DNA of 64,000 nucleotides from Comamonadaceae bacterium CG_4_9_14_3_um_filter_60_33 (lineage in GTDB: Bacteria > Pseudomonadota > Gammaproteobacteria > Burkholderiales > Burkholderiaceae_C). The notes below the pieces were generated by a model. It saw only the letters and a program-made list of their open reading frames with translations. It was not told where the DNA came from and made no database searches. Both the position numbers and the translations under genes were made by a program. Shown one piece after another: positions 1-9,154 of this stretch (its first letter is position 1; each line of letters opens with the position of its first letter). The stretch is taken from assembly GCA_002789915.1 (NCBI GenBank), contig PFUD01000032.1, forward strand, positions 1,850-65,849. Reading direction: 5' to 3'.

Positions 1-77
1 AGATAAAAAGTGCCAATCAGCAATTCGACCGCGATCACCACCCCTGTCAACAGCCACCAAAGGGTTGAATCTGCCAT
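1..77 (-). CDS. partial CDS (5' end only): small membrane protein with NfeD/YbbJ-like N-terminus
   Basis: Minus-strand ATG at 77-75 opens MADSTLWWLLTGVVIAVELLIGTFYL..., a hydrophobic helix that runs off the window edge. Too short for the ORF track. Confidence 0.3.
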   Translation of the reverse strand, partial: MADSTLWWLLTGVVIAVELLIGTFY

Positions 78-211
78 GTTCAAGTTTGTTTCCATTTGTA
101 TTAGACCAGTTGGATTCTGCGGTAAATGTGCGTGTTCGCAACCGATGCGGCTTGATAAGTCCTTACACTTCGCGCCAATTTACATTTTTGCGTGTGTCGC
201 TGGAGTCTGCC

Positions 212-2500
212 ATGAAATTTCGCTTTCCGATTGTCATTATTGACGAGGACTACCGCTCAGAAAACACTTCCGGCCTGGGCATCCGCGCGCTGGCGCAGGC
301 CATCGAGTCCGAAGGGTTTGAAGTGCTCGGTGCCACCAGCTACGGCGACCTGAGCCAGTTTGCCCAGCAGCAAAGCCGCGCCAGCGCCTTTATTTTGTCG
401 ATTGACGACGAGGAATTTACGCCCGGCCCGGATCTGGACCCGGCGGTGGTAAACCTGCGCCATTTCATCGAGGAAGTGCGGCGCAAAAACCTGGACGTGC
501 CGATTTACATCTACGGTGAGACCAAGACCAGCCGCCACCTGCCCAATGACATTTTGCGTGAGCTGCATGGCTTCATTCACATGTTCGAGGACACGCCCGA
601 GTTCGTCGCGCGCCACATCATCCGCGAGGCGAAAAGCTACCTCGAAGGCGTGCAGCCACCGTTTTTCAAGGCCTTGCTGGATTACGCCGAGGACGGCTCC
701 TACTCCTGGCACTGCCCTGGTCACTCGGGCGGCGTGGCGTTTCTGAAAAGCCCGGTAGGCCAGATGTACCACCAGTTTTATGGCGAAAACATGCTGCGCG
801 CTGACGTTTGCAACGCGGTCGAAGAGCTGGGCCAGTTGCTTGACCACGACGGCGCCATTGGCAAGAGCGAGCGCAATGCGGCGCGCATTTTTAACGCCGA
901 CCATTGCTTTTTTGTCACCAACGGCACCAGCACCAGCAACAAGATGGTCTGGCACCACACCGTGGCGCCCAACGACGTGGTGGTGGTGGACCGCAATTGC
1001 CATAAATCCATCCTGCACGCGATCATCATGACCGGCGCGATTCCGGTGTTTTTAAAGCCCACGCGCAACCACTTCGGCATCATCGGCCCGATCCCGAAAA
1101 GCGAGTTCGAGCCCGCCACCATCAAGGCCAAGATCAAGGCGAACCCGCTGATCAAGGAGCATCTGCCCGACATCGACGTCAGCCAGATCAAGCCGCGTGT
1201 GTTGACGCTGACGCAATCGACCTACGACGGTGTGCTTTACAACACCGAAACCGTCAAAAACATGCTCGACGGTTATGTGGAAAACATCCACTTTGACGAA
1301 GCCTGGTTGCCGCACGCGGCGTTCCACCCGTTTTACGGCACTTACCACGCCATGGGCAAGAACCGGGCGCGGCCGAAAAAGGCTATGGTTTATGCCACCC
1401 AATCCATCCACAAGTTGTTGGCTGGCATCAGCCAGGCCAGCCATGTGCTGGTGCAAAACTCACAATCCGTCAAGCTCGACAAGCACCTGTTCAACGAGGC
1501 GTACCTGATGCACACCAGCACCAGTCCGCAGTACAGCATCATTGCCAGTTGCGACGTGGCCGCGGCCATGATGGAACCGCCCGGCGGCACCGCACTGGTG
1601 GAAGAAAGCATCGCCGAGGCGCTCGACTTTCGGCGGGCCATGCGCCAGATTGACGACGACTATGGGTCAGACTGGTGGTTCAAGGTGTGGGGGCCGGACA
1701 AGCTGGTGGAGGAGGGCATTGGCCGCGCCGACGACTGGATCATCAAGGGCGAATCTGCCAAAGCCAAGGCCGGCGTCAACTGGCATGGTTTTGGCAAGAT
1801 GGCCACTGGTTTCAATATGCTCGACCCGATCAAGTCAACCATTGTCACGCCGGGCATGGACCTCAACGGCAGGTTTGCCAAGACAGGCATTCCGGCCAGC
1901 ATCGTGACCAAGTTTTTGGCGGAACACGGCGTGGTGGTGGAAAAAACCGGCCTGTACAGCTTTTTCATCATGTTCACCATCGGCATCACCAAGGGCCGCT
2001 GGAACAGCATGCTGACCGCCTTGCAGCAGTTCAAGGACGACTACGCCAAGAACCAATCAATGTGGCGCATCCTGCCGGAGTTTTGCCAAAAGTACCCCAA
2101 ATACGAAAACATGGGCCTGGCCGACCTGTGCCAGCATATTCACCAGCTCTATGCAAGGTATGACATCGCGCGCCTGACCACCGACATGTACCTGAGCGAC
2201 CTGACCCCGGCGCTAAAACCCAGCGACGCTTACGCCCACATTGCGCTGCACAAAACTGAGCGCGTCGAGATTGACCAGCTTGAAGGCCGCATTACCGTGG
2301 GCCTGGTGACGCCTTACCCGCCGGGCATCCCCTTGCTGATTCCGGGCGAGGTGTTCAACAAGAAGATTGTGGATTACCTCAAGTTCTCGCGCGAGTTCAA
2401 CCGCCAGTGCCCGGGCTTTGAGACCGACATCCACGGTCTGGTGGAAGAGGCGGGCACCGACGGCCAGGTGCATTACTACGCTGATTGTGTGCTTGAGTAA
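212..2500 (+). CDS. Orn/Lys/Arg decarboxylase family protein (large fold-I PLP-dependent basic amino acid decarboxylase)
   Basis: 762-aa ORF from ATG 212 (MKFRFPIVIIDEDY...). The TTG at 65 would add an implausible 49-aa leader. PLP-lysine context ATQSIHKLLAG and C-terminal TPYPPGIPLLIPGE are typical of LdcC/AdiA/SpeC-type enzymes. Confidence 0.85.
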   Translation: MKFRFPIVIIDEDYRSENTSGLGIRALAQAIESEGFEVLGATSYGDLSQFAQQQSRASAFILSIDDEEFTPGPDLDPAVVNLRHFIEEVRRKNLDVPIYIYGETKTSRHLPNDILRELHGFIHMFEDTPEFVARHIIREAKSYLEGVQPPFFKALLDYAEDGSYSWHCPGHSGGVAFLKSPVGQMYHQFYGENMLRADVCNAVEELGQLLDHDGAIGKSERNAARIFNADHCFFVTNGTSTSNKMVWHHTVAPNDVVVVDRNCHKSILHAIIMTGAIPVFLKPTRNHFGIIGPIPKSEFEPATIKAKIKANPLIKEHLPDIDVSQIKPRVLTLTQSTYDGVLYNTETVKNMLDGYVENIHFDEAWLPHAAFHPFYGTYHAMGKNRARPKKAMVYATQSIHKLLAGISQASHVLVQNSQSVKLDKHLFNEAYLMHTSTSPQYSIIASCDVAAAMMEPPGGTALVEESIAEALDFRRAMRQIDDDYGSDWWFKVWGPDKLVEEGIGRADDWIIKGESAKAKAGVNWHGFGKMATGFNMLDPIKSTIVTPGMDLNGRFAKTGIPASIVTKFLAEHGVVVEKTGLYSFFIMFTIGITKGRWNSMLTALQQFKDDYAKNQSMWRILPEFCQKYPKYENMGLADLCQHIHQLYARYDIARLTTDMYLSDLTPALKPSDAYAHIALHKTERVEIDQLEGRITVGLVTPYPPGIPLLIPGEVFNKKIVDYLKFSREFNRQCPGFETDIHGLVEEAGTDGQVHYYADCVLE

Positions 2501-2538
2501 GGGTTTGTGTAGCCGAGGGTTATCCCTGATTTGAATAG

Positions 2539-2583
2539 GTTGCACTTTCAATAGAATAAGTGCAACTTTTGTTAGGAGTTGCA
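2539..2583 (+). promoter_or_regulatory. putative PutA autoregulatory operators (3 x GTTGCA/TGCAAC)
   Basis: GTTGCA at 2539-2544, TGCAAC at 2561-2566, GTTGCA at 2578-2583 (between the AGGAG RBS and ATG 2587). GTTGCA is the hexamer bound by the E. coli PutA ribbon-helix-helix domain, and this PutA has such a domain. Confidence 0.5.
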
Positions 2584-2586
2584 TCT

Positions 2587-5500
2587 ATGGCAAATGTCAC
2601 ACTTGGTATCAAGGTTGATGAATCTCTCCGCTCTCGCATCAAGGAGGCGGCCAATGTGCAGGGTAAAACACCGCACTGGCTCATCAAACAAGCGGTCATG
2701 CAATACGTCGAGCGTGCCGAGCGAGGCCAGTTGCAACCGCTTTCAGGTACAGTTGCAACCCTTGCTACTGACGTGCAAGAGGCAGAAGAAGCTGACGAGC
2801 TGACTCTATCCGACTCCGCGCAAGCTTCAGCACCGCAACCGTTCCTGGACTGGGCGCAAAACGTGCTGCCGCAGTCTGACCTGCGCGCCGCCATCACCGC
2901 CGCCTGGCACCGCCCCGAGCCCGAATGCATGCCACTGCTGGTGCAACTGGCCCAAGTGAACGACCCGGCGCAACGCGCGGCCATTAAGGAAGTTGGCGCA
3001 CGCCTGGTCAATGGCCTGCGTGCCAAACAAGCCAGCGGCGGCGTGGAAGCGCTGGTGCAGGAGTTTTCGTTGTCCAGCCAGGAAGGTGTGGCGCTGATGT
3101 GCATGGCCGAGGCCTTGCTGCGCATCCCCGACAACGCCACCCGCGACGCGCTGATTCGCGACAAGATCAGCCATGGCGACTGGCATGCGCACCTGGGTAA
3201 TTCGCCGTCGATGTTCGTCAACGCCGCCGTCTGGGGCCTGATGCTGACTGGCAAGCTGACCGCCACCGCGAGCGAAAAAAGCATGGGCAGCGCCCTGACG
3301 CGCCTGATTGGCAAGGGCGGCGAGCCGCTGATTCGCCAGGGCGTGCACCGCGCCATGAAGCTCATGGGCGAGCAGTTCGTTACCGGGCAAACCATCTCCG
3401 AGGCGCTGGCCAACAGCCGTGCGCTTGAGAAAAAGGGTTTTCGCTATTCCTACGACATGCTCGGCGAAGCCGCCACCACCGAGGCTGACGCCGAACGCTA
3501 CGTGGCGTCTTACGAGCAGTCGATCCGTGCCATTGGCATGGCGTCCAACGGCCGGGGCATTTTTGAAGGCCCGGGCATCTCGGTCAAGCTCTCCGCCTTG
3601 CACACGCGCTACAGCCGTGCCCAGCGTGACCGCGTCATGGGCGAGTTGCTGCCGCGCCTGACCAAGCTGGCGCTGCTGGCGCGCCAGTACGACATTGCCA
3701 TCAATATCGACGCCGAAGAGTCCGACCGGCTGGAACTTTCTTTGGACTTGCTTGAGAGCCTCTGTTTTGATCCGCGCCTGAAGGGCTGGAACGGCATCGG
3801 CTTTGTGGTGCAGGCCTATCTGAAGCGATGTCCGTTTGTGGTTGACTACCTGATCGACCTGGCCCGGCGCAGCGGGCATCGGCTGATGATTCGTCTTGTC
3901 AAGGGCGCTTACTGGGACGCAGAAATCAAGCACGCCCAGCTCGACGGCCTCGACGGCTACCCGGTGTACACGCGCAAGGTTTATTCTGATGTGGCTTACC
4001 TGGCCTGCGCGCGCAAACTGCTGGCCGTGCCGGAGGCGGTCTATCCGCAATTCGCCACCCACAACGCGCAGACCGTGGCGTCCATCTACCAGATGGCGGG
4101 TCAAAATTTTTATGCCGGTCAGTACGAGTTCCAGTGCCTGCACGGCATGGGTGAGCCGCTTTACGAGCAGGTGACCGGCCCGGTGAGTGAAGGCAAACTG
4201 GGCCGCCCGTGCCGCATTTATGCGCCGGTGGGCACGCATGAAACGCTGCTGGCCTACCTGGTGCGGCGGCTCCTTGAAAACGGCTCCAACTCCTCGTTTG
4301 TCAACCGCATTGGCGATCCCAAGGTCAAGGTCGAAGAACTGGTGGCTGACCCGGTGCAGGAGGTGCAGGCCATTGAGCAGGACTGCGGCCAGCTTGGCGC
4401 GCCACACGCCAAAATTGCCCTGCCGCGGCAGATGTTTGCCGAGCTGGGCGCGCAGTCGCGGCTGAACTCGTCGGGGCTCAACCTGGCCAACGAACAGCAA
4501 CTGGCCTCGCTGGCGGCCGGCTTGCTGCGCAGCACGCAAATCGCCTACGCTGCCGCAGCCACCGTGGCTGATGCTGAGTCTGGCTTTGTTGGGTCTTCTG
4601 CTGGGTCGTTTGTAGGGTCGACTTCAGTCGACCATGGTGGACTAAAGTCCACCCCACAAGCCGCACAGGCTGACGGCTGGCAAGTCGTGCTGAATCCTGC
4701 CGACACGCGCGACCAAGTGGGTTGGGTGCGCCCGGCCACCACCGCTGAGGTCGAACTGGCCGCCAGTCGGGCTGCCCGCGCCACGCAAATCTGGCAGGTG
4801 ACGCAGCCGCAACAGCGCGCCGCCTGCTTGAAGCGCGCCGCCGACCTACTGGAGCAGCGCACGCAAACCATTCTTGGCCTGATCGTGCGTGAGGCCGGCA
4901 AGTCGCTGCCCAACGCGATCTCTGAGGTGCGCGAAGCAGTGGACTTTTTGCGCTACTACGCGGCGCAAGTCGAGGCCACCTTTGACAACCAGACGCACCG
5001 CGCGCTCGGTGTGGTGCTGTGCATCAGCCCGTGGAATTTCCCGCTGGCAATTTTTGCCGGCCAGGTGGCTGCTGCCTTGGCCAGTGGCAACTGCGTGTTG
5101 GCCAAACCGGCCGAACAAACGCCACTGGTGGCCAACGTGATGGTCAAAATTTTGCACGAAGCTGGCGTGCCACAAGATGCGGTGCAGTTGGTGCCCGGCA
5201 CCGGTGAGTTGGTGGGCGCTGCGCTGGTGGCGCACCCGCAGGTGGCGGGCGTGATGTTTACTGGATCCACCGAAGTGGCACATCTGATTGCGCAAACGCT
5301 CGCAAAACGCTTGAGCCGGCAGGGCCGCAGCATTCCGCTGATTGCCGAAACTGGCGGCCAAAACGCATTGGTGGTCGATTCATCTGCGCTGGCCGAACAG
5401 GTGGTGGGCGACGTGCTGGCCTCGGCCTTTGATTCGGCCGGTCAGCGCTGCTCGGCCTTGCGCCTGTTGTGCATCCAGGAAGATGTGGCGGATCGGGTGC

Positions 5501-6738
5501 TCGACATGATCAAGCAGGCCATGCGCGAGTGGGTGATGGGCAACCCGGACCGCATGCACACCGACGTGGGACCGGTGATCGACGAGGATGCGCGCGCGCA
5601 GATTGAGCAACACATTGCCAAAATGCAGGCCGACGGCCAGCCAGTCACGCGCATGGCGCGCGACGAGAGCGCTGGCCAGGGTCATTTTGTGATGCCCACA
5701 TTAATTGAACTCGACCGCATCGAGCGCCTGCAACGCGAAGTGTTCGGCCCGGTATTGCATGTGGTGCGCTACCGGCGCGACGACCTTGACCAGGTGCTCG
5801 ATGCCATCAATGCCACTGGCTACGGCCTCACCTTTGGCGTGCACAGCCGCATCGACGAAACCATTGCCCAGGTCACGCAAAAGGTGCAGGCCGGTAACAT
5901 TTACGTCAACCGTAACGTGATCGGCGCCGTGGTGGGCGTGCAGCCGTTTGGCGGCATGGGCTTGTCGGGCACCGGGCCCAAAGCGGGCGGGCCGCTGTAT
6001 TTGTACCGCTTGCTGCAAGCCAGCGAGTCGCAAAACAACCCCGCGCTGACGGCTTTGAGTGAGTCGCCCGCCGTGCGTGCGCTGGTGCCCGCTGCCGCGG
6101 AGCGCCAACTGCCCGAGCCCGCCAGCTTGCAATCCCTGCAACTTCTTCTGACGCGCTTGCAAGGGCCTACGCTGGTTCAGCCGCTGGGTGTTTTAAGCAG
6201 TCTGGACGCAGCGCAAGGCGTGCTTGCCTGCGAGGCGTATCTGGCTGTCACGGTGTTTGGTCAAGCCTTCAAGCTGACCGGCCCCACGGGCGAATTGAAC
6301 CGCTACCAGTTGCTGCCGCGCGGCGCGGTATGGGCGGTGCCACAAACAGCCGTCGGGCTCTTGCACCAAGTCGCTGCCGCGTTGGCCAGCGGCAACCCGT
6401 GTTGCCTGGAGTCACCCGCCAGCGACAGCGTGATGGCAAGATTGCTGGAGTCGTTGCCGGACGAGGTCAAGGGCATTGTTCAGTGCTGCAGCGCCGAGCA
6501 ATTGCACAGCGACACGCACTTGAGTGCCATGTTGTTTGAGGGCGACGGCGATGCCTTGCAGACCCTGTTGCCCCAAGTGGCGCAGCGCCCTGGCGCCATT
6601 GTGCGCATCGAGAGCTTGTCGCCCGCGCAGTTGGCCGCTGGTGCACACTACGACCTCAGCGCCTTGATGCACGAGCAGAGCATCAGCACCAACACGGCGG
6701 CCGCGGGCGGCAACGCGCAGCTCATGACCATGAACTGA
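2587..6738 (+). CDS. putA: trifunctional PutA: RHH repressor / proline dehydrogenase / 1-pyrroline-5-carboxylate dehydrogenase
   Basis: 1383 aa from ATG 2587 preceded by AGGAG. N-terminal RHH (MANVTLGIKVDESLRSRIKEAANVQGKTPHWLIKQAVMQYVERAE), PRODH barrel (YSYDMLGEAA, LVKGAYWD), ALDH motifs (FTGSTEVA, ETGGQNA, SAGQRCSA) and a long C-terminal domain. Confidence 0.95.
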   Translation: MANVTLGIKVDESLRSRIKEAANVQGKTPHWLIKQAVMQYVERAERGQLQPLSGTVATLATDVQEAEEADELTLSDSAQASAPQPFLDWAQNVLPQSDLRAAITAAWHRPEPECMPLLVQLAQVNDPAQRAAIKEVGARLVNGLRAKQASGGVEALVQEFSLSSQEGVALMCMAEALLRIPDNATRDALIRDKISHGDWHAHLGNSPSMFVNAAVWGLMLTGKLTATASEKSMGSALTRLIGKGGEPLIRQGVHRAMKLMGEQFVTGQTISEALANSRALEKKGFRYSYDMLGEAATTEADAERYVASYEQSIRAIGMASNGRGIFEGPGISVKLSALHTRYSRAQRDRVMGELLPRLTKLALLARQYDIAINIDAEESDRLELSLDLLESLCFDPRLKGWNGIGFVVQAYLKRCPFVVDYLIDLARRSGHRLMIRLVKGAYWDAEIKHAQLDGLDGYPVYTRKVYSDVAYLACARKLLAVPEAVYPQFATHNAQTVASIYQMAGQNFYAGQYEFQCLHGMGEPLYEQVTGPVSEGKLGRPCRIYAPVGTHETLLAYLVRRLLENGSNSSFVNRIGDPKVKVEELVADPVQEVQAIEQDCGQLGAPHAKIALPRQMFAELGAQSRLNSSGLNLANEQQLASLAAGLLRSTQIAYAAAATVADAESGFVGSSAGSFVGSTSVDHGGLKSTPQAAQADGWQVVLNPADTRDQVGWVRPATTAEVELAASRAARATQIWQVTQPQQRAACLKRAADLLEQRTQTILGLIVREAGKSLPNAISEVREAVDFLRYYAAQVEATFDNQTHRALGVVLCISPWNFPLAIFAGQVAAALASGNCVLAKPAEQTPLVANVMVKILHEAGVPQDAVQLVPGTGELVGAALVAHPQVAGVMFTGSTEVAHLIAQTLAKRLSRQGRSIPLIAETGGQNALVVDSSALAEQVVGDVLASAFDSAGQRCSALRLLCIQEDVADRVLDMIKQAMREWVMGNPDRMHTDVGPVIDEDARAQIEQHIAKMQADGQPVTRMARDESAGQGHFVMPTLIELDRIERLQREVFGPVLHVVRYRRDDLDQVLDAINATGYGLTFGVHSRIDETIAQVTQKVQAGNIYVNRNVIGAVVGVQPFGGMGLSGTGPKAGGPLYLYRLLQASESQNNPALTALSESPAVRALVPAAAERQLPEPASLQSLQLLLTRLQGPTLVQPLGVLSSLDAAQGVLACEAYLAVTVFGQAFKLTGPTGELNRYQLLPRGAVWAVPQTAVGLLHQVAAALASGNPCCLESPASDSVMARLLESLPDEVKGIVQCCSAEQLHSDTHLSAMLFEGDGDALQTLLPQVAQRPGAIVRIESLSPAQLAAGAHYDLSALMHEQSISTNTAAAGGNAQLMTMN
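4611..4658. repeat. REP-type 48-bp palindromic element, copy 1 (inside the putA coding sequence, in frame)
   Basis: TGTAGGGTCGACTTCAGTCGACCATGGTGGACTAAAGTCCACCCCACA. It is 42/48 identical to 8020-8067, with terminal inverted ends and two internal hairpins. Confidence 0.8.
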
Positions 6739-6874
6739 TTTCTATAAAAAAAGGAGACACCGATGACATTTAAAACACCACCATGAGTCGTTGGCCAATT
6801 GACTCCAACACCTGCGTTTAAATGGCATGATTTTTGCTTTAAGTTTTTAACCACTCACTTTTTCAGGAAACCCC

Positions 6875-8008
6875 ATGAAATTCACATCCTCACTTTTGCC
6901 TCTGATGGGCGCTTTGACACTTGCCTTTACCAGCCAGGCTTATGCCCAGGAACAAACGGTTGTTATTGGCCTGACTGGCCCCCTGTCGGGCTCCAACGCC
7001 TTTGCCGGCAAGGACAACGAAAACGGCGTGCGCCTGGCGGTTGATGACCTCAACGCCAAAAAAATCTCGGTTGGTGGCAAAACACTCAAATTTGTCCTGC
7101 AATCCGAAGATGACCAATGCGACCCCCGCGCCGGTGTGCAAGTGGCGCAAAAATTTGTCGACGGCGGCGTCAAGTTTGTCATGGGCCCCTATTGTTCGGG
7201 TGTGGCGGTGCCTGCCTCGCGGATTTACAACGAAGGTGGCGCCATGATGTCCACGGTCGGCACCAATCCCAAAGTGACCTTGGGCGGCTACAAAAATGTG
7301 TTTCGAATCATCGCCAGCGACAACCAGATTGGCGGCGGCATGGCCAGCTATGCTGCCAATGTGATGAAGGTCAAGACCGTGGCGGTGATTGACGACCGCA
7401 CCGCGTTTGGCCAGGGCGTAGCGCAAGAGTTCACCAAAGAAGCCCAGCGTTTGGGGCTCAATGTGGTCGGTCAAGAATTCACCACGGACAAGGCGACTGA
7501 TTTCACCTCCATCCTGACCACCCTCAAGGGCAAAAATCCGGACGCCATTTTCTTTGGTGGTTATGCGCCTCAGGCCGCACCCATGACACGCCAGATGAAG
7601 CAACTCGCCATCAAGGCCAAATTGCTCGGCGGTGACACCTTGTGCAGCCCCGAAATGGGCAAGCTCGCGGGCGATACGGTCAACGACGTGGTGTTCTGCG
7701 CGCAGGGCGGCTCAATGCTCGACAAGACCGCCGCTGGCCCGGCTTTCAAAGCCAAGTACAAGCAGCGTTACAACCAGGACGCCGACGTGTACGCTGCGCC
7801 GTTTTATGACCAGACCATGTTCATCGGCGAGGCCATCCAGAAAGCCGGTTCACTGGACGTAGACAAAGTGGGCGCTGTGATTTACAAAGACAGCTACAAA
7901 GGCATCATGGGCACCTATGCCTACGACGACAAGGGCAACATGAAGCAGGCCCCGATCACGGTCTATACCTTCAAGAACGCTGCACTGGTGCCGCTGGCCA
8001 GCTACTGA
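6875..8008 (+). CDS. branched-chain amino acid ABC transporter substrate-binding protein (LivK/LivJ family)
   Basis: 377 aa. Signal peptide MKFTSSLLPLMGALTLAFTSQAYA, then QTVVIGLTGPLSGSNAFAGKDNENG, typical of periplasmic Leu/Ile/Val-binding proteins. No cognate permease or ATPase genes are adjacent. Confidence 0.8.
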   Translation: MKFTSSLLPLMGALTLAFTSQAYAQEQTVVIGLTGPLSGSNAFAGKDNENGVRLAVDDLNAKKISVGGKTLKFVLQSEDDQCDPRAGVQVAQKFVDGGVKFVMGPYCSGVAVPASRIYNEGGAMMSTVGTNPKVTLGGYKNVFRIIASDNQIGGGMASYAANVMKVKTVAVIDDRTAFGQGVAQEFTKEAQRLGLNVVGQEFTTDKATDFTSILTTLKGKNPDAIFFGGYAPQAAPMTRQMKQLAIKAKLLGGDTLCSPEMGKLAGDTVNDVVFCAQGGSMLDKTAAGPAFKAKYKQRYNQDADVYAAPFYDQTMFIGEAIQKAGSLDVDKVGAVIYKDSYKGIMGTYAYDDKGNMKQAPITVYTFKNAALVPLASY

Positions 8009-8019
8009 TTCGCATGTTT

Positions 8020-8067
8020 TGTGGGGTCGACTTCAGTCGACCATGGCGGACTACAACCCGCCCCACA
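8020..8067. repeat. REP-type 48-bp palindromic element, copy 2 (intergenic)
   Basis: TGTGGGGTCGACTTCAGTCGACCATGGCGGACTACAACCCGCCCCACA, lying between two convergent genes. Confidence 0.8.
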
Positions 8068-8074
8068 AATACCA

Positions 8075-9154
8075 TTAGCCCAGCATGACAGGAATGCGAT
8101 GGCGACCAAAGTCGCCGCATGTTGCGTCAAAACGACCTGCCACCGCGCTGCCGCAATCCGGGCAGTGGCCAGTGGCGGTCAGCCGGTAGTTGATGATCTG
8201 GTACCAGTCGCGCACGATCAGCGGCGCCTTGCAGTTGGGGCAAAAAGTGGTGTCGCCCTCGATGTTGTGCACGTTCCCGGTGTAAACATAGTGCAGCCCC
8301 TGTTGCAGCGCGATGTTGCGGGCGCGCACCAGCGTGGCCACTGGCGTGGCGGGCACATCGCCCATTTTGTAGTCGGGGTGAAATGCAGAGAAGTGCAGCG
8401 GCACGTCGGCGCCGAGCTCTTTTTTGATCCAGCAGCACATGGCGGTGATTTCTTCGTCGGAGTCGTTATGCCCCGGAATCAGTAGCGTGGTGAGCTCCAG
8501 CCAGACATTGGTTTCGTGCTTGAGGTAGCGCAGGGTATCGAGCACCGGTTGCAGGTGCGCGCTGGTGAGCTTGAAGTAAAAGTTTTCGGTGAACGCTTTT
8601 AAATCGACATTGGCGGCGTCCATCTTGTCGAAAAAATCACGCCGCGGCTGCGCATGGATGTAGCCCGCCGTGACCGCCACGGTCTGGATGCCCAGTGCGT
8701 GGCAGGCGTCGGCGGTGTCCATGGCGTACTCGGCAAAAATCACCGGGTCGTTATAAGTAAAGGACACGCTCTTGCAGCCATGCTCGCGCGCCGCCTGGGC
8801 TATTAATTCGGGCGAGGCCTGGTCCATCAGGCGGTCCATGTCCTGCGACTTGCTGATGTCCCAGTTCTGGCAGAACTTGCAGGCCAGGTTGCAGCCCGCC
8901 GTACCAAAAGAAAACACGCTGCTGCCCGGGTAGAAGTTGTTGAGCGGCTTCTTCTCAATCGGGTCGATGCAGAAGCCCGACGAACGCCCGTAGGTGGTCA
9001 GAATCATCTGCTCACCCTGGCGCTTGCGCACAAAACAGGCGCCGCGCTGGCCTTCGTGCAGCTTGCAGTCGCGCGGGCACAGGTCGCACTGCAGGCGACC
9101 GTCGTCCAGTTTGTGCCAATAGCGGGCAGGATAGTTGGATGTGGCTACTTTCAT
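8075..9154 (-). CDS. amrS: AmmeMemoRadiSam system radical SAM enzyme
   Basis: 359 aa from ATG 9154 (MKVATSNYPARYWHKLDDGRLQCDLCPRDCKLHEGQRGACFVR...). Radical SAM CxxxCxxC cluster GCNLACKFCQNW. ATGA overlap with the upstream gene. Confidence 0.85.
   Translation of the reverse strand: MKVATSNYPARYWHKLDDGRLQCDLCPRDCKLHEGQRGACFVRKRQGEQMILTTYGRSSGFCIDPIEKKPLNNFYPGSSVFSFGTAGCNLACKFCQNWDISKSQDMDRLMDQASPELIAQAAREHGCKSVSFTYNDPVIFAEYAMDTADACHALGIQTVAVTAGYIHAQPRRDFFDKMDAANVDLKAFTENFYFKLTSAHLQPVLDTLRYLKHETNVWLELTTLLIPGHNDSDEEITAMCCWIKKELGADVPLHFSAFHPDYKMGDVPATPVATLVRARNIALQQGLHYVYTGNVHNIEGDTTFCPNCKAPLIVRDWYQIINYRLTATGHCPDCGSAVAGRFDATCGDFGRHRIPVMLG

Noticed and set aside
65-211. N-terminal extension of the decarboxylase from TTG 65 (likewise 15506-15904 for the HAD gene, 9832-9984 for amrA and 14034-14198 for purM)
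   Set aside because: The extensions lack homology-like sequence, overlap neighbouring genes or promoters, and internal ATG codons give canonical N-termini.
2827-4539. 570-aa ORF antisense to putA
   Set aside because: It lies entirely inside the strongly supported putA frame. The product is an Arg/Ala/Gly-rich low-information sequence typical of antisense frames in high-GC DNA, with no motif.
8021-8485. 154-aa ORF starting MGSTSVDHGGL
   Set aside because: It begins inside the REP element and then runs antisense to amrS. The shared peptide with PutA simply reflects the repeat.
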